Below are positions 50,165 through 60,900 of a DNA stretch of 64,000 nt, piece after piece. The notes under the pieces were generated by a model. That model did no database searches, was not told the origin of the DNA, and saw only the letters and a list, made by a program, of their open reading frames with translations. Within the stretch, counting starts at the first letter, position 1; every line of letters starts with the position of its first letter. Made by a program: the position numbers and the translations under genes. The DNA comes from Patescibacteria group bacterium (GTDB lineage Bacteria; Patescibacteriota; Patescibacteriia; UBA1558; S5-K13): positions 630 to 64,629 of the forward strand of contig JAQUXC010000004.1 of the NCBI GenBank assembly GCA_028692545.1, written 5' to 3'.

Positions 50165-51278
50165 TTTTTTTATTAATAAAGTTTATAATATTCTTTACTC
50201 TTAAATTCCAAGTATTTATATAAACATTTTTTTTTGCCTCCAAAGATATTTTTTCTGCAAAACCCACATTATCTATTATCTTTTTAATACTATCAACTAA
50301 AGAATTAATATTATTAGCTGAAAAAAGTATAGAATTATTATCATTTAATATTTCTTTTATAGAGGGCAAATCTGATGCAACAGTAGGTGTTCCACTCGCC
50401 ATATATTCAAATAATTTTAATGGCGATGTGTAGAATTCAGATGTTTTATTACCTTTTTTGTTTGGTAAAACCAATATATCTGCTGCTTTTAAAAATAATG
50501 GGATATATTTATGCTCTTTTTTTTCTAAAAATAAAATGTTTGAATAATTTTTGTATTTATTTTTCATTTCAACAATTTCATTATTATTTCCACCAATTAA
50601 TATAAATAAATAATTATTATCAAAATATTTAGAAGATTCTATAAATAAATCTACTCCTTTCCAATCATAAAGATAAAAGCTTCCAGTATATAAAATAATT
50701 TTCTTGTCTTTTGGTAGTTTTAATATTTTTCTAATTTCATTCTTATCTTTACTTATATCAAAATCTTTTAAATCCACAGCATCTGCAGAAACAATAATTC
50801 GATTTTCTAAAATACCACGATTTATCAAATCAATTTTCAAATAACTTGTTAAAACAATTAATTTTTTTGCCTTTTTCAATAAATACAAAATTACATTATT
50901 TATATTTTTTGGCAATTCATGTAATTCCAAAATATAATTTTTATAAAATAAACCCAAGAACTTATCTCTTGTATACAAAATATCATAATTAATAAAAAAC
51001 AAATATATTTTTGAAAATAATAAAAAACTTAATGTTTGAATCCAAAAACCCATTATACCAAATTGAGAAAAATCTAAACATGGAATTTTTATAATATCAA
51101 ATTTATTTTTTATATCATAATATTGAAATACATCTTGTTTTATTTCATTAAATCTTCTCGGAATTATTAATTTTAATTCAATATTATTTTCGATAAATGC
51201 CTCACACATTTTGCATATTTGATATCCATGAGCTTTTTCTGTAGGAATTCTAGAATTTGTTATATAAATTAATTTCAT
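50157..51278 (-). CDS. Glycosyltransferase family 4
   Basis: SPLKLFEYMASGTPTVASD. Confidence 0.88.
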   Translation of the reverse strand: MKLIYITNSRIPTEKAHGYQICKMCEAFIENNIELKLIIPRRFNEIKQDVFQYYDIKNKFDIIKIPCLDFSQFGIMGFWIQTLSFLLFSKIYLFFINYDILYTRDKFLGLFYKNYILELHELPKNINNVILYLLKKAKKLIVLTSYLKIDLINRGILENRIIVSADAVDLKDFDISKDKNEIRKILKLPKDKKIILYTGSFYLYDWKGVDLFIESSKYFDNNYLFILIGGNNNEIVEMKNKYKNYSNILFLEKKEHKYIPLFLKAADILVLPNKKGNKTSEFYTSPLKLFEYMASGTPTVASDLPSIKEILNDNNSILFSANNINSLVDSIKKIIDNVGFAEKISLEAKKNVYINTWNLRVKNIINFINKKNE

Positions 51279-51294
51279 ATTTTATAAATTTTTA

Positions 51295-53142
51295 TTATTT
51301 AAAATTTTGTTTATACCAAATCTGAAAAGTAATCAATGACCAAATTGTATTTAATGCATATTCTTTATAATTTATATGATTATCTAATATTTTTTTTATT
51401 TCATAAAAATCAAAAAATTGTTTTGTATCTGGATTATAATTTGGCGACAATATTTCATAAGCTATTTCTTTCAAATCAGTTCTGAGCCATTTAGATGTTG
51501 GCGAAAACCATCCAGTTTTTTGTTTATTATATATATAATCTGGTAAATAATCTTTTATTGCCTCTTTAAAAATTTTTTTACCTTGATGTTTATTTCCTAA
51601 TTTATAAGATATTGGAATAGAAAATGCAAAATCTACTAATTCTTTATCCAGAATTGGCACTCTTTCTTCAAGTGCAAAAGCCATAGACATTTTATCTGAT
51701 CTAGAAAGAGATTCATCTGTAAGCCATGTACAAAAATCTACTTTCATTAAATAATTAGCATAATTTTTAAATAGTAAATCAAAATAATTATTATTAATTA
51801 TTTCCTTACTTTTATTTAGATTATTAACATCATGTTTTAAAAATCTTTTTATAATATTTTCTTTTTGTGCACTGAACTGCCAAAACAAATCAATACCACT
51901 TTGAGAATTAAGTTTATAATATTCACTTTCCTTACCAAATATTTTTGCTACATTATATGTAAATTTATTGTCTCTGATTAATTTTGGTATATTTTGCCAT
52001 TTATCAACTAAATTATAATAATAATATCTATCATAACCTCCAAATATTTCATCTCCTCCATCTCCACCCAAAACTACATCAACATATTTTTTAGCTTCTT
52101 TTGACAATAAATATGTTGCTACTTGTATATGATTAGAAACTAAGTCATCCATATGATACACTACTTTTTCTAAATTTTCTGTCACATCTTGCGCAGTTAT
52201 CAAAAGTTCATGATGCTCTGTATTATAAAATTCACTATTTTTTCTGGCCAAAATACTATCCATATTAAATTTTTCTTCTTGAGTATCAACGTCAAATTTT
52301 ACTGTAAAAGTTTTTATTTTGTTTTTAACAATTTTAGACATTGATCCTAAAATAGCTGTTGAATCTATTCCGCCGCTCAAAAAAATTCCAAGCGGTCTAT
52401 CAGAAATTAATTGTCCTTCTACTGCTTTATCAAATTTTTTTCTAATAATATTTTTTGCTTCTTCATAAGAACATTCATTTTGCTCAGTTGGTAAATTATG
52501 ATACTTTTTTATCTCTATTTTATTTTCTTTAAAAATTAAAAAATGCCCTGGTTGTAATTTTTTAATATATTCAAAAATTGTTATAGGTCCAGCAATATAC
52601 AAAAATCTAAAATATAAATTTAGCGCATCAATACTTATTTGTTTATCAATATCATGCTCCAAAATTCCTTTTATCTCTGAAGAAAATATAAATTTATTAT
52701 CTTTAAAATAATAAAACAATGGCTTTACACCAAAATTATCTCGAGCAATAAATAATTTTTTATTTTTTTTATCCCAAATAGCAAAAACAAAAATACCATT
52801 GAATTTTTCTAAACATTTTTCTCCATAGGCTATATAAGAATTCAAAATTACTTCTGTGTCAGTATCTGAATGAAAATGAAATCCATTATTCTCTAAATCT
52901 TTTTTTATTTCTTTAAAATTATAAAGTTCTCCGTTGTATGTAATTATATAATTTTTATCATCACTTTCCATTGGTTGATGACCACGCTGTGATAAATCTA
53001 TTATAGAAAGTCTATTATGACCCAAAGATATTTCATTATCAACAAAAATACCAGTATCATCTGGACCTCGATATTCTATTTTCTTGTTCATTTTCTCTAT
53101 TAAATTTTGATCAGAGAAATTAAATCCATTTATTCCACACAT
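51295..53142 (-). CDS. asnB: Glutamine-hydrolysing asparagine synthase-like amidotransferase
   Basis: MCGI, RGPD, RLSIIDL, NGELYN, LSGGIDS, GDGGDE. Confidence 0.92.
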   Translation of the reverse strand: MCGINGFNFSDQNLIEKMNKKIEYRGPDDTGIFVDNEISLGHNRLSIIDLSQRGHQPMESDDKNYIITYNGELYNFKEIKKDLENNGFHFHSDTDTEVILNSYIAYGEKCLEKFNGIFVFAIWDKKNKKLFIARDNFGVKPLFYYFKDNKFIFSSEIKGILEHDIDKQISIDALNLYFRFLYIAGPITIFEYIKKLQPGHFLIFKENKIEIKKYHNLPTEQNECSYEEAKNIIRKKFDKAVEGQLISDRPLGIFLSGGIDSTAILGSMSKIVKNKIKTFTVKFDVDTQEEKFNMDSILARKNSEFYNTEHHELLITAQDVTENLEKVVYHMDDLVSNHIQVATYLLSKEAKKYVDVVLGGDGGDEIFGGYDRYYYYNLVDKWQNIPKLIRDNKFTYNVAKIFGKESEYYKLNSQSGIDLFWQFSAQKENIIKRFLKHDVNNLNKSKEIINNNYFDLLFKNYANYLMKVDFCTWLTDESLSRSDKMSMAFALEERVPILDKELVDFAFSIPISYKLGNKHQGKKIFKEAIKDYLPDYIYNKQKTGWFSPTSKWLRTDLKEIAYEILSPNYNPDTKQFFDFYEIKKILDNHINYKEYALNTIWSLITFQIWYKQNFK

Positions 53143-53145
53143 AAA

Positions 53146-53754
53146 TTATCTCTTTTCCAAAATAAAAAAATGATGATACGGATTTTCAAAAGAAACAAAA
53201 TCCTTTTTTATATCAAAATAATTATCAATGATTTTTTTTATTTTATTTAATTTAAAACCCTTTTTACCTATTTCCCAATAATGTTCTCCGTTAAAAATAT
53301 GTTTTTTTGCCAAAAATGGTAATTTAAAATGAACTTTTATTTCATGAAAATATGGCAAAATAATTTTAAAACCAAAATTTCTTCCCCAATGTGGAACACT
53401 TATAATACAATATTTTTTACTAACTCTATGAAGAGATTTTAAACATTGTTCTAATTTTTCAAAAGGTAAATGTTCCAAAACTTCAAATGCACAAACAATA
53501 TCAAACAAATTATCATCCAAATTTATATTATCAACACTGGAAACATAATCTGGGTTTAAATCTGGATTTATATCCAAAGTTTTGAAGGAAATATTTTTGA
53601 AATTATTATCAAAATAATTTTTCAAAAAACTATTACCAATTCCAATTTCCAAAATATTATTTTGTTTTAGTTTTAATATTTCATCTATTTGATGAAAATA
53701 ACTATTCCATCTAGATATATTATCATATATTCCAAATTTATATTTATTATTCAT
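53146..53754 (-). CDS. Class I SAM-dependent methyltransferase
   Basis: ILEIGIG, FEVLEHL, EHYWEIG. Confidence 0.85.
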   Translation of the reverse strand: MNNKYKFGIYDNISRWNSYFHQIDEILKLKQNNILEIGIGNSFLKNYFDNNFKNISFKTLDINPDLNPDYVSSVDNINLDDNLFDIVCAFEVLEHLPFEKLEQCLKSLHRVSKKYCIISVPHWGRNFGFKIILPYFHEIKVHFKLPFLAKKHIFNGEHYWEIGKKGFKLNKIKKIIDNYFDIKKDFVSFENPYHHFFILEKR

Positions 53755-54800
53755 AAATTAATTTTATTAGAAATATTAGTTATCAACTGACTTAAATTAT
53801 AATCTTTTTGTATCAAATCTAATAATCTTTTTGTATCTTCTAAGTTACTATTTCTATAAATATTATAAATTTTCGTAGATAATTCTTTTGTATCTAAATT
53901 ATCTAAAATAAAAACATCTCCATATTCACCAAATACATCTTTAAATGCTTTATTAAAAACTATACAAGGAACACCACAAACAAAAGATTCCAAAACAGTT
54001 TTATCCATTCCACCAGTTGGTGATAAATTTATACTCAAATCATGGTTATTGTAAATATCAGACATTTTATCAATAGGAATATTTCCAAGAAAACTAATAT
54101 AATTATTTAATTTATAATCATTGATTTTCTTTTTTATATTATTTAAATATCCTCTATCTGATTCATAAACTACATCTCCAACTATAGTCAATGATAAATT
54201 ATTAATTAAAGAATCTTTTTTTAATATATTAAATACTTCAATTAAAATATCTAAATTTTTTATAGGAGATATTCTTCCAACATAAAGTAATTTGTATAAA
54301 TTCTTGTCTTTTTCTATATTAATTTTTCTAAATATATTTAAATCTACTCCATGTCCCAAAAAAATAATTTTTTTTGATTTTATGAGGCACGATTCTTTGG
54401 AACTAGTAAATATATTTTTTACAAAAATATTTACGATTCTTAAATAAATATTTTTTGATTTATGTACATACCACAAATATATTTTTTTGTTTAAAAATTT
54501 CCAAAATATTCCACCCAAAATCACATATTCTGAATTCATATGTACAAAGACATTGTCGTATTCTTTTCTATATTTCCAAATATATTTATAAAATCTAAAA
54601 ATATATTTTAATCTACTTTCTCCATTCTCTTTTCCTAAAGATAAAACTTCTACATTTTTTGGAAAATCATATTCCCCTTGAAATAAACAAATTACTACAA
54701 CTTTTTCACAATGTTTTGTAAATTCAATAATCCAGTTATGAAAAAAGCCCAATACTCCATCATTTTTATCTACCTTTTGTGTACAAATTAATAATTTCAT
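53751..54800 (-). CDS. Glycosyltransferase family 4
   Basis: VGRISPIKN, GGMDKTVLES. Confidence 0.85.
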   Translation of the reverse strand: MKLLICTQKVDKNDGVLGFFHNWIIEFTKHCEKVVVICLFQGEYDFPKNVEVLSLGKENGESRLKYIFRFYKYIWKYRKEYDNVFVHMNSEYVILGGIFWKFLNKKIYLWYVHKSKNIYLRIVNIFVKNIFTSSKESCLIKSKKIIFLGHGVDLNIFRKINIEKDKNLYKLLYVGRISPIKNLDILIEVFNILKKDSLINNLSLTIVGDVVYESDRGYLNNIKKKINDYKLNNYISFLGNIPIDKMSDIYNNHDLSINLSPTGGMDKTVLESFVCGVPCIVFNKAFKDVFGEYGDVFILDNLDTKELSTKIYNIYRNSNLEDTKRLLDLIQKDYNLSQLITNISNKINL

Positions 54801-54896
54801 TCCGTTAGATATTTTATTTTAAATTATTTTATTTAATTAGTTATAAATATTTCCTTTAAATATATATTTGCAATTATTCTATATATCTAATGTAAT

Positions 54897-55988
54897 TCAC
54901 AAAACTGCCTTTTCCCAAGATTTTTTATACAAATTAAATGTTTCTTCTTTCGTTAATAATTTAGAAATAGATTTTTTTACATTTTCTGATAATTTTGTTC
55001 TCAAATCATTGTTTTCTATTAAATCAATCATTTTATACTCCAATGCTTTTTGATCTCCAATAGGAATTACAATTCCATTTTCATTGTTTGTAATAAATTC
55101 TCCAGCACATCCAACATCAGTCATAATAATTGGCAATCCATAATTTGCAGCTTCAATAATTACTATTCCCCATCCTTCATAATTTGATGTAAGTAAAAAC
55201 ACATCTGCTTTCTTGTAAAAATCATCTAAATTATTTCTCCAACCAAAAAATTCAACCTTTTTATCAAGATTTAAATTATTAACCTGAGATATTAATTTTG
55301 TTTCTAACAAACCACCACCAATTATCCACAGTTTTAAATCCTTGACTTTTTTTTGACTATTGTTCTCAAAAAAATTTACTACATTTTTAAATGCTTTTAT
55401 TTGCATTTGTATATTTTTTACTTTTACCAATCTGGAAATTGTAATAAATATAAATTCACTATTATCATTTAGACATGTGTCTATTTTTTTTAAATCAGAA
55501 TAAATAGGTACAATAGTTATTTTATTTTCTAAAACTCCAAAATCTCTTATAAGTTGATTTTTCAATCTATCACTTACAACTCTTATAGAATTTGCATTTT
55601 TCAAAACATATTTTGCTAATAATTTCCTAATTCCATAAAATTTTTCAAATCCATGAACCTGTATCTCTGTACCAATTCTAAACATTTTTGATAGCAAATA
55701 AGCAACAAAACCCAAAAAATATTGATCTTGAACGCTTATAACATCAAATTTTTCATTTTTAAAAATTTTTATAGAAGAAAAAAATAATTTTATAATTTGA
55801 AAAAATTTATTTTTACCACCAAAGCTAAATATATTCAAATGTTCTGACACATTTAAATTAATCGTTTTATTATTCGGTACAACTACTGTATACTTTTCTA
55901 CAAGCTGGGAATATTCAACAACTCTTCCAAATAATTTAGACTCTTTATCAAAAATATTTTTGTCATTTCCAATTACAAAAATCTTCAT
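54897..55988 (-). CDS. Glycosyltransferase family 4
   Basis: SRLVKVKN, EGWGIVIIEA. Confidence 0.87.
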   Translation of the reverse strand: MKIFVIGNDKNIFDKESKLFGRVVEYSQLVEKYTVVVPNNKTINLNVSEHLNIFSFGGKNKFFQIIKLFFSSIKIFKNEKFDVISVQDQYFLGFVAYLLSKMFRIGTEIQVHGFEKFYGIRKLLAKYVLKNANSIRVVSDRLKNQLIRDFGVLENKITIVPIYSDLKKIDTCLNDNSEFIFITISRLVKVKNIQMQIKAFKNVVNFFENNSQKKVKDLKLWIIGGGLLETKLISQVNNLNLDKKVEFFGWRNNLDDFYKKADVFLLTSNYEGWGIVIIEAANYGLPIIMTDVGCAGEFITNNENGIVIPIGDQKALEYKMIDLIENNDLRTKLSENVKKSISKLLTKEETFNLYKKSWEKAVL

Positions 55989-57106
55989 AATATTTCTTCA
56001 AATAATTTAATTGTATCTCGTAGCATATCTTCTTTTTTATAATTATAATTTATATTCTTTACTTTCTTTAAGTATTCCAAATAAAAATCCTCATTCATTA
56101 TATTTTCCAATGCTTTTTTTATTTCTTCATTATATAGTGGATCAAACTCCAAAACTTTTCCTCTTAGCCAATCAAATCCATGCTCTTTTGTAATGACAAA
56201 TGGAGTTTGCAAAAATAAACATTCTATTGCTGTATTTGGACTAATATCTGTATAACTAGGCAAAACAACAGCGCGACATTTTTTCAAAATACCCATTAAT
56301 TCATTTCTATTTTTACTATTTTCAATAAATATTTTTTTATTATCTGATTTTTCTTTTAATTTATCAAACATAGGTCCATCACCAATTAATCTCAAAACAA
56401 AATTATCTTGTTTAATTGACAAAAAAATATCAATCAATCTTTCTAAATTGTTTTTATTTATCATTCTTCCTGGACAAATTATTTCATTGTTTTTTATATC
56501 ATCTGCCAAATCACCTATATTTGAATCAAAAAAAACTGGATTATTTATTACAGAAATTCTATCACTTTTCAAATTATAATATTTTTCAAAGATTTGTTTT
56601 TGAAAATTTGTTGTAAATACCAATCTATCAGCACTTTTCAAAACAAATTTTATTATAAAAAAACGAAACAAATCTTTTTTATAAAGCCCTAATTCATAAT
56701 AATTTTTCAAAGTTTCTGCTGTGTAAGATATATTCAAATATCTTTCCCAAATAAAATCTCCACCTATTCTTATCATTATTTTTTTTCCAAACAATTTAGA
56801 AACAATAAGCGATGGAATTCCAGCGCTAAAATAATCAAATGCATAAACAACATCATAATTATTTATATTTTTACAAAGTGCTATAAAATATTTTATATAA
56901 TTTAATAATTTATTTGTTCTTTTTATTCTTATTAATTTATACTTTAAATCTTTGTCCGATTCGCTAATATTTATATTTGAATAAGTCAAAATACAAACAT
57001 CATACCATTGATCTTTTAGTATTTTTGCTAATTCTTTTGAATATGTAGCCGGACCTCCAATATCTGGCGGATAAATTCCTGTAGCTATTAATATTTTTTT
57101 ATTCAT
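55985..57106 (-). CDS. Glycosyltransferase family 4
   Basis: YPPDIGGPATY, LPSYTDISPNTAIE. Confidence 0.85.
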   Translation of the reverse strand: MNKKILIATGIYPPDIGGPATYSKELAKILKDQWYDVCILTYSNINISESDKDLKYKLIRIKRTNKLLNYIKYFIALCKNINNYDVVYAFDYFSAGIPSLIVSKLFGKKIMIRIGGDFIWERYLNISYTAETLKNYYELGLYKKDLFRFFIIKFVLKSADRLVFTTNFQKQIFEKYYNLKSDRISVINNPVFFDSNIGDLADDIKNNEIICPGRMINKNNLERLIDIFLSIKQDNFVLRLIGDGPMFDKLKEKSDNKKIFIENSKNRNELMGILKKCRAVVLPSYTDISPNTAIECLFLQTPFVITKEHGFDWLRGKVLEFDPLYNEEIKKALENIMNEDFYLEYLKKVKNINYNYKKEDMLRDTIKLFEEIL

Positions 57107-58209
57107 TAAAATTTGTATAAATTACTTATTTGTTCTACGATTTTTCCCCAATCATACTTCAAAACACTTTTCTTTGCATTTTCAATAAATTTATTCCTTA
57201 ATTCTTCACTATTTAACAATTTTATTATTGAATTTGTGATTTGTTCACTATTTTTTGATTCTATCAGTAAACCATTTTCATTGTTTACTATGATATCTGG
57301 AATTCCTCCGACTTTTGTACCAATTACAGAAACATTACAAGCCTGAGCTTCTATAAAAACAATTCCAAGTCCCTCTGCCAAAGATGGGCATACAAAAACT
57401 TCTGACTTTGAAATTTCAATAAGTGTTTTTTCGTGAGAAAGATTTCCTTTCAGTTCAATACTACTTTCTAAATTTAAATCTTTTATTAATTTTTCTATTT
57501 CATACCTCTTATTACCCTCTCCTACCAAAACCAATTTTGCATCTGGAATTTGTACAATCAATTCTTTCCAAGCCTTCACAAGATAATCAATTCCTTTTTC
57601 CCAAGATAATCTTGCAACACATAGTACTCTATTTTTTACTTTATCTATATTTTGAGGAATTTTTGAAAAATCCACTCCATTTGGTATTACATAAATATCT
57701 TTTTCATCTACTCCTAGCTTGATAGCCCTATTTGCAAGAAAATAACTTATTGCTGTAATAATATCTGGGCTTTTATGAATACTTTTCCAAAATAATTTTA
57801 TAAAAAATTTTCTTTGTTTTCTATTATCATCCAAATCCCCGCTTTGTAAAGTTAGTATTCTTTTTGCCTTACTATAAAAATATTTTGTAAATATCAATGC
57901 TACTCCAGCATAACTCTCCATAATAGCATGAACGATATTTGGTTTTATTTTCAAAATTACAAAATTTGATAATATTGGATACAAAATTTTATCTATCACT
58001 TTATTTCCAATTCCTACTCTTATAATCTTGAAATTTTCTCTTTGTTCAATTTTTTCTAATTTTTTATTAAATCTTCCAGTAATAATTGTAATATCATAAA
58101 AATCACCTAATTTTTCAGAAATCTCTTTAACCATCTGTTCTGCACCAGACATAAATGGCTCATAAAAAGCAGATAGAATTACTATTTTTATATTATTTTT
58201 TGTTTGCAT
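57106..58209 (-). CDS. Glycosyltransferase family 4
   Basis: SGAE, ARLSWEKG, EGLGIVFIEA. Confidence 0.88.
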   Translation of the reverse strand: MQTKNNIKIVILSAFYEPFMSGAEQMVKEISEKLGDFYDITIITGRFNKKLEKIEQRENFKIIRVGIGNKVIDKILYPILSNFVILKIKPNIVHAIMESYAGVALIFTKYFYSKAKRILTLQSGDLDDNRKQRKFFIKLFWKSIHKSPDIITAISYFLANRAIKLGVDEKDIYVIPNGVDFSKIPQNIDKVKNRVLCVARLSWEKGIDYLVKAWKELIVQIPDAKLVLVGEGNKRYEIEKLIKDLNLESSIELKGNLSHEKTLIEISKSEVFVCPSLAEGLGIVFIEAQACNVSVIGTKVGGIPDIIVNNENGLLIESKNSEQITNSIIKLLNSEELRNKFIENAKKSVLKYDWGKIVEQISNLYKF

Positions 58210-59167
58210 AATATTCGTAGGTCTTTTTCAAATTTTCATCCAAATTATCTTCTATTTTTTCCCCCAACAAACTTTGCATCTTTGAAACATCTGGGCTTCT
58301 ATATTTTATTTCATAACCACGCTCGCCTATAAAAACTGGTTTTAAATCCTTATTGCTTATTTTAATAATTCTTTGTGCTAAATCAAGTATTGTAGTTTGT
58401 CTTCCAAGTCCAATATTTATTGTTTCACCATTTGTAGAATCTGACAAAAGTGCTTTTATGGCAGATCTGACATTATCTTTTACATAGATGAAATCTCTTG
58501 TTTGATATCCATCTCCATAAATCGTTAGAGATTCACCCTTTAAAACCTGTTTTATGAATACTCCAACTACAAAACCATAAGCAGATGATTCCTGTCTTTC
58601 TCCAAATACATTAAAAAATCGCAAAGAACAAGTTTTTACTCCATAATTATCATTGTAAACTTTCATAATTTTTTCACCCATCAATTTCACAAGTGCATAT
58701 AAACTCGTACTGTGTGTTTGATAAGAAAGTTCCTTGTTATTATCTTCTCTAAGAGGTAATTCATTCAAAGTTCCATATGCCTCAGATGATGATGAAAAAA
58801 CAACCTTTTTTATAGAAAATTCTTTTGAAAGTGATAATATATTTTTTATTCCAACTATATCATCCAAAACCAAAAGTGGTTGCTCCATTACTCTCTTTAC
58901 GCCAAGCACTGCTGCATAATGAAAAATATAATCAAAATGATATTGCTCGAAAACAGATTTTAGTAAACTTAGATCATTTACATCTCCTTTTACAAATTCA
59001 AAATTAGAATTTTTACTTGCTAATTCCAAATTTTCCATTTTTCCCGTTGAGAGATTATCCAAAGCTACGACATTTGCATTTAAATTCAACAATTCATCAC
59101 ATAAATGAGATCCTATAAATCCAGCTCCTCCTGTTACCAAAATGTTTTTATTTGTTAATTTATCCAT
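58193..59167 (-). CDS. NAD-dependent epimerase/dehydratase (likely start 59167)
   Basis: TGGAGFIGSH, SSSEAYG, YALVK, RFFNVFG, TRDF. Confidence 0.9.
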   Translation of the reverse strand: MDKLTNKNILVTGGAGFIGSHLCDELLNLNANVVALDNLSTGKMENLELASKNSNFEFVKGDVNDLSLLKSVFEQYHFDYIFHYAAVLGVKRVMEQPLLVLDDIVGIKNILSLSKEFSIKKVVFSSSSEAYGTLNELPLREDNNKELSYQTHSTSLYALVKLMGEKIMKVYNDNYGVKTCSLRFFNVFGERQESSAYGFVVGVFIKQVLKGESLTIYGDGYQTRDFIYVKDNVRSAIKALLSDSTNGETINIGLGRQTTILDLAQRIIKISNKDLKPVFIGERGYEIKYRSPDVSKMQSLLGEKIEDNLDENLKKTYEYYANKK

Positions 59168-59239
59168 ATTTTTAGGTTGAATTATAATAATATAATACAA
59201 TAACAATACAATAAATGAGTCATAAAATCAATCTTACCT

Positions 59240-59268
59240 CACCCCCGGGGTTGCCAACCCCGGGGGTG
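59240..59268. repeat. REP-like palindrome with 14-bp arms
   Basis: cacccccggggttg-c-caaccccgggggtg. Confidence 0.85.
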
Positions 59269-59285
59269 GGAGTTAAAATTAAACT

Positions 59286-60431
59286 ATGAATAAAAACAAA
59301 ACAAAACTTTGCCACATAATAACACAAACACACTTTGGCGGTGCTCAAAAATATCTATGTGACATAATAAACAATCTTGATGATAATTTTGAGATAACTA
59401 TTGCCTTTGGTGAAGGAAAAAAAGAAGAATTAAAAAAATATATAACAAACAAAAATGTAAAAATTGTCAAATTAAAACATCTAATAAGAAATATAAACAT
59501 TTTTAAAGATAAGCTAGCATTTTTGGAATTATTTATATTTTTCAAAAAATATAAATTTGATATTATTCATCTTCATTCTTCAAAAGCTGGTTTCATAGCT
59601 TCAATAACTGGAAAACTAACTGGAGTGAAAAAAATAATTTATACAGCTCACGGTTGGGTTTTCAAAGAAAATCTAAATCCCACAAAAAAACAATTCTATA
59701 TATTATTGGAAAAATTTTCTTCAAAATTCAAAGACAAAATAATTTGTGTGTCGCAAAATGATTATAATTTAGCACTTGAAAAAAATATTGTCTCAAAAAA
59801 CAAACTTACAATGATTTACAATGGAATAAAGTCTAAAAATTATTTAAATAATGAAGATGCACGAGAATTTTTATTTCAAAAAATAAACACGCTAGACACA
59901 AAACAAAAAATAATAGGAACCATATCCAACTTATATTCAAACAAAGGTATAAATTATTTAATCGAATCAGCAATATTATTAAATGAAAAATATAATAATT
60001 TATTATTTATAATTATAGGATCCGGCCCAGAAAAAGAAAATCTTCAAAAACTAATAAAGAAAAATAATTTAAAAAACTTCTTTTTGATAGGTAATATAAA
60101 CAATGCTTATAAATATCTAAAAGCTTTTGATATATTTGCCCTCACATCAATCAAGGAAGGTCTTCCTTATACACTTTTAGAGGCTCTAGAAGCCAAAATT
60201 TCAATAGTTTGCAGTAATCTTGAATCATTGACTGAAATTATAGAAAATAATCAAAATGGGCTAATATATGACGTAAAAAATATAAATGATTTAACAGATA
60301 AAATACAAACACTTTTAGACAATAATGATGTTGCAGAAAAATTAAAAAATAATGATAGGTTAATATTATCAAAATTTGATTTTCAAAATTTTATAGAGAA
60401 TATAAAAAATATCTATCTAAACAAATTATAA
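59286..60431 (+). CDS. Glycosyltransferase family 4
   Basis: GGAQKY, HLHSSKAG, TAHG, EGLPYTLLEA. Confidence 0.9.
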   Translation: MNKNKTKLCHIITQTHFGGAQKYLCDIINNLDDNFEITIAFGEGKKEELKKYITNKNVKIVKLKHLIRNINIFKDKLAFLELFIFFKKYKFDIIHLHSSKAGFIASITGKLTGVKKIIYTAHGWVFKENLNPTKKQFYILLEKFSSKFKDKIICVSQNDYNLALEKNIVSKNKLTMIYNGIKSKNYLNNEDAREFLFQKINTLDTKQKIIGTISNLYSNKGINYLIESAILLNEKYNNLLFIIIGSGPEKENLQKLIKKNNLKNFFLIGNINNAYKYLKAFDIFALTSIKEGLPYTLLEALEAKISIVCSNLESLTEIIENNQNGLIYDVKNINDLTDKIQTLLDNNDVAEKLKNNDRLILSKFDFQNFIENIKNIYLNKL

Positions 60432-60803
60432 ATTATTTGCTACTAATTTTGTTTTTATTTTAGCTCTATTTGGTAAAGATTTGAGTTCATCTATATGTAA
60501 ATATTTTAATTTATCAATATCTGAACTAATTCCCATACCAAAATCCCAATCAATTAAATCTTGTTTACTTATTTTCTTTTTAAGCTCTATATTGACCTCA
60601 TCAAATCTTTCATTCATTTCACATCTTAATTCATTTATACTTTGACTTGTATTTATAGCTATTTCTTCTCCTAATTCTTTTATTTTCCTAAATATATTTT
60701 TGTTACTATTCACAAACTCACTCTTTGTAACAAGATTCTTATTATTCTCAATAAGTTCATCTTTGATAATCTGTTTAATTTGTTTTAAATCGCTTTTCAA
60801 CAT
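60426..60803 (-). CDS. Hypothetical coiled-coil protein
   Basis: LVTKSEF, MNERFDEV heptad-like pattern. Confidence 0.65.
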   Translation of the reverse strand: MLKSDLKQIKQIIKDELIENNKNLVTKSEFVNSNKNIFRKIKELGEEIAINTSQSINELRCEMNERFDEVNIELKKKISKQDLIDWDFGMGISSDIDKLKYLHIDELKSLPNRAKIKTKLVANNL

Positions 60804-60900
60804 AATTTAAATTTAATAATTTTGTCTCTATATTTTATAACTATAAAACAAATTGGTCAAAGACAATTATTAACACAATAAAGGCCGTCTATAATTGATA

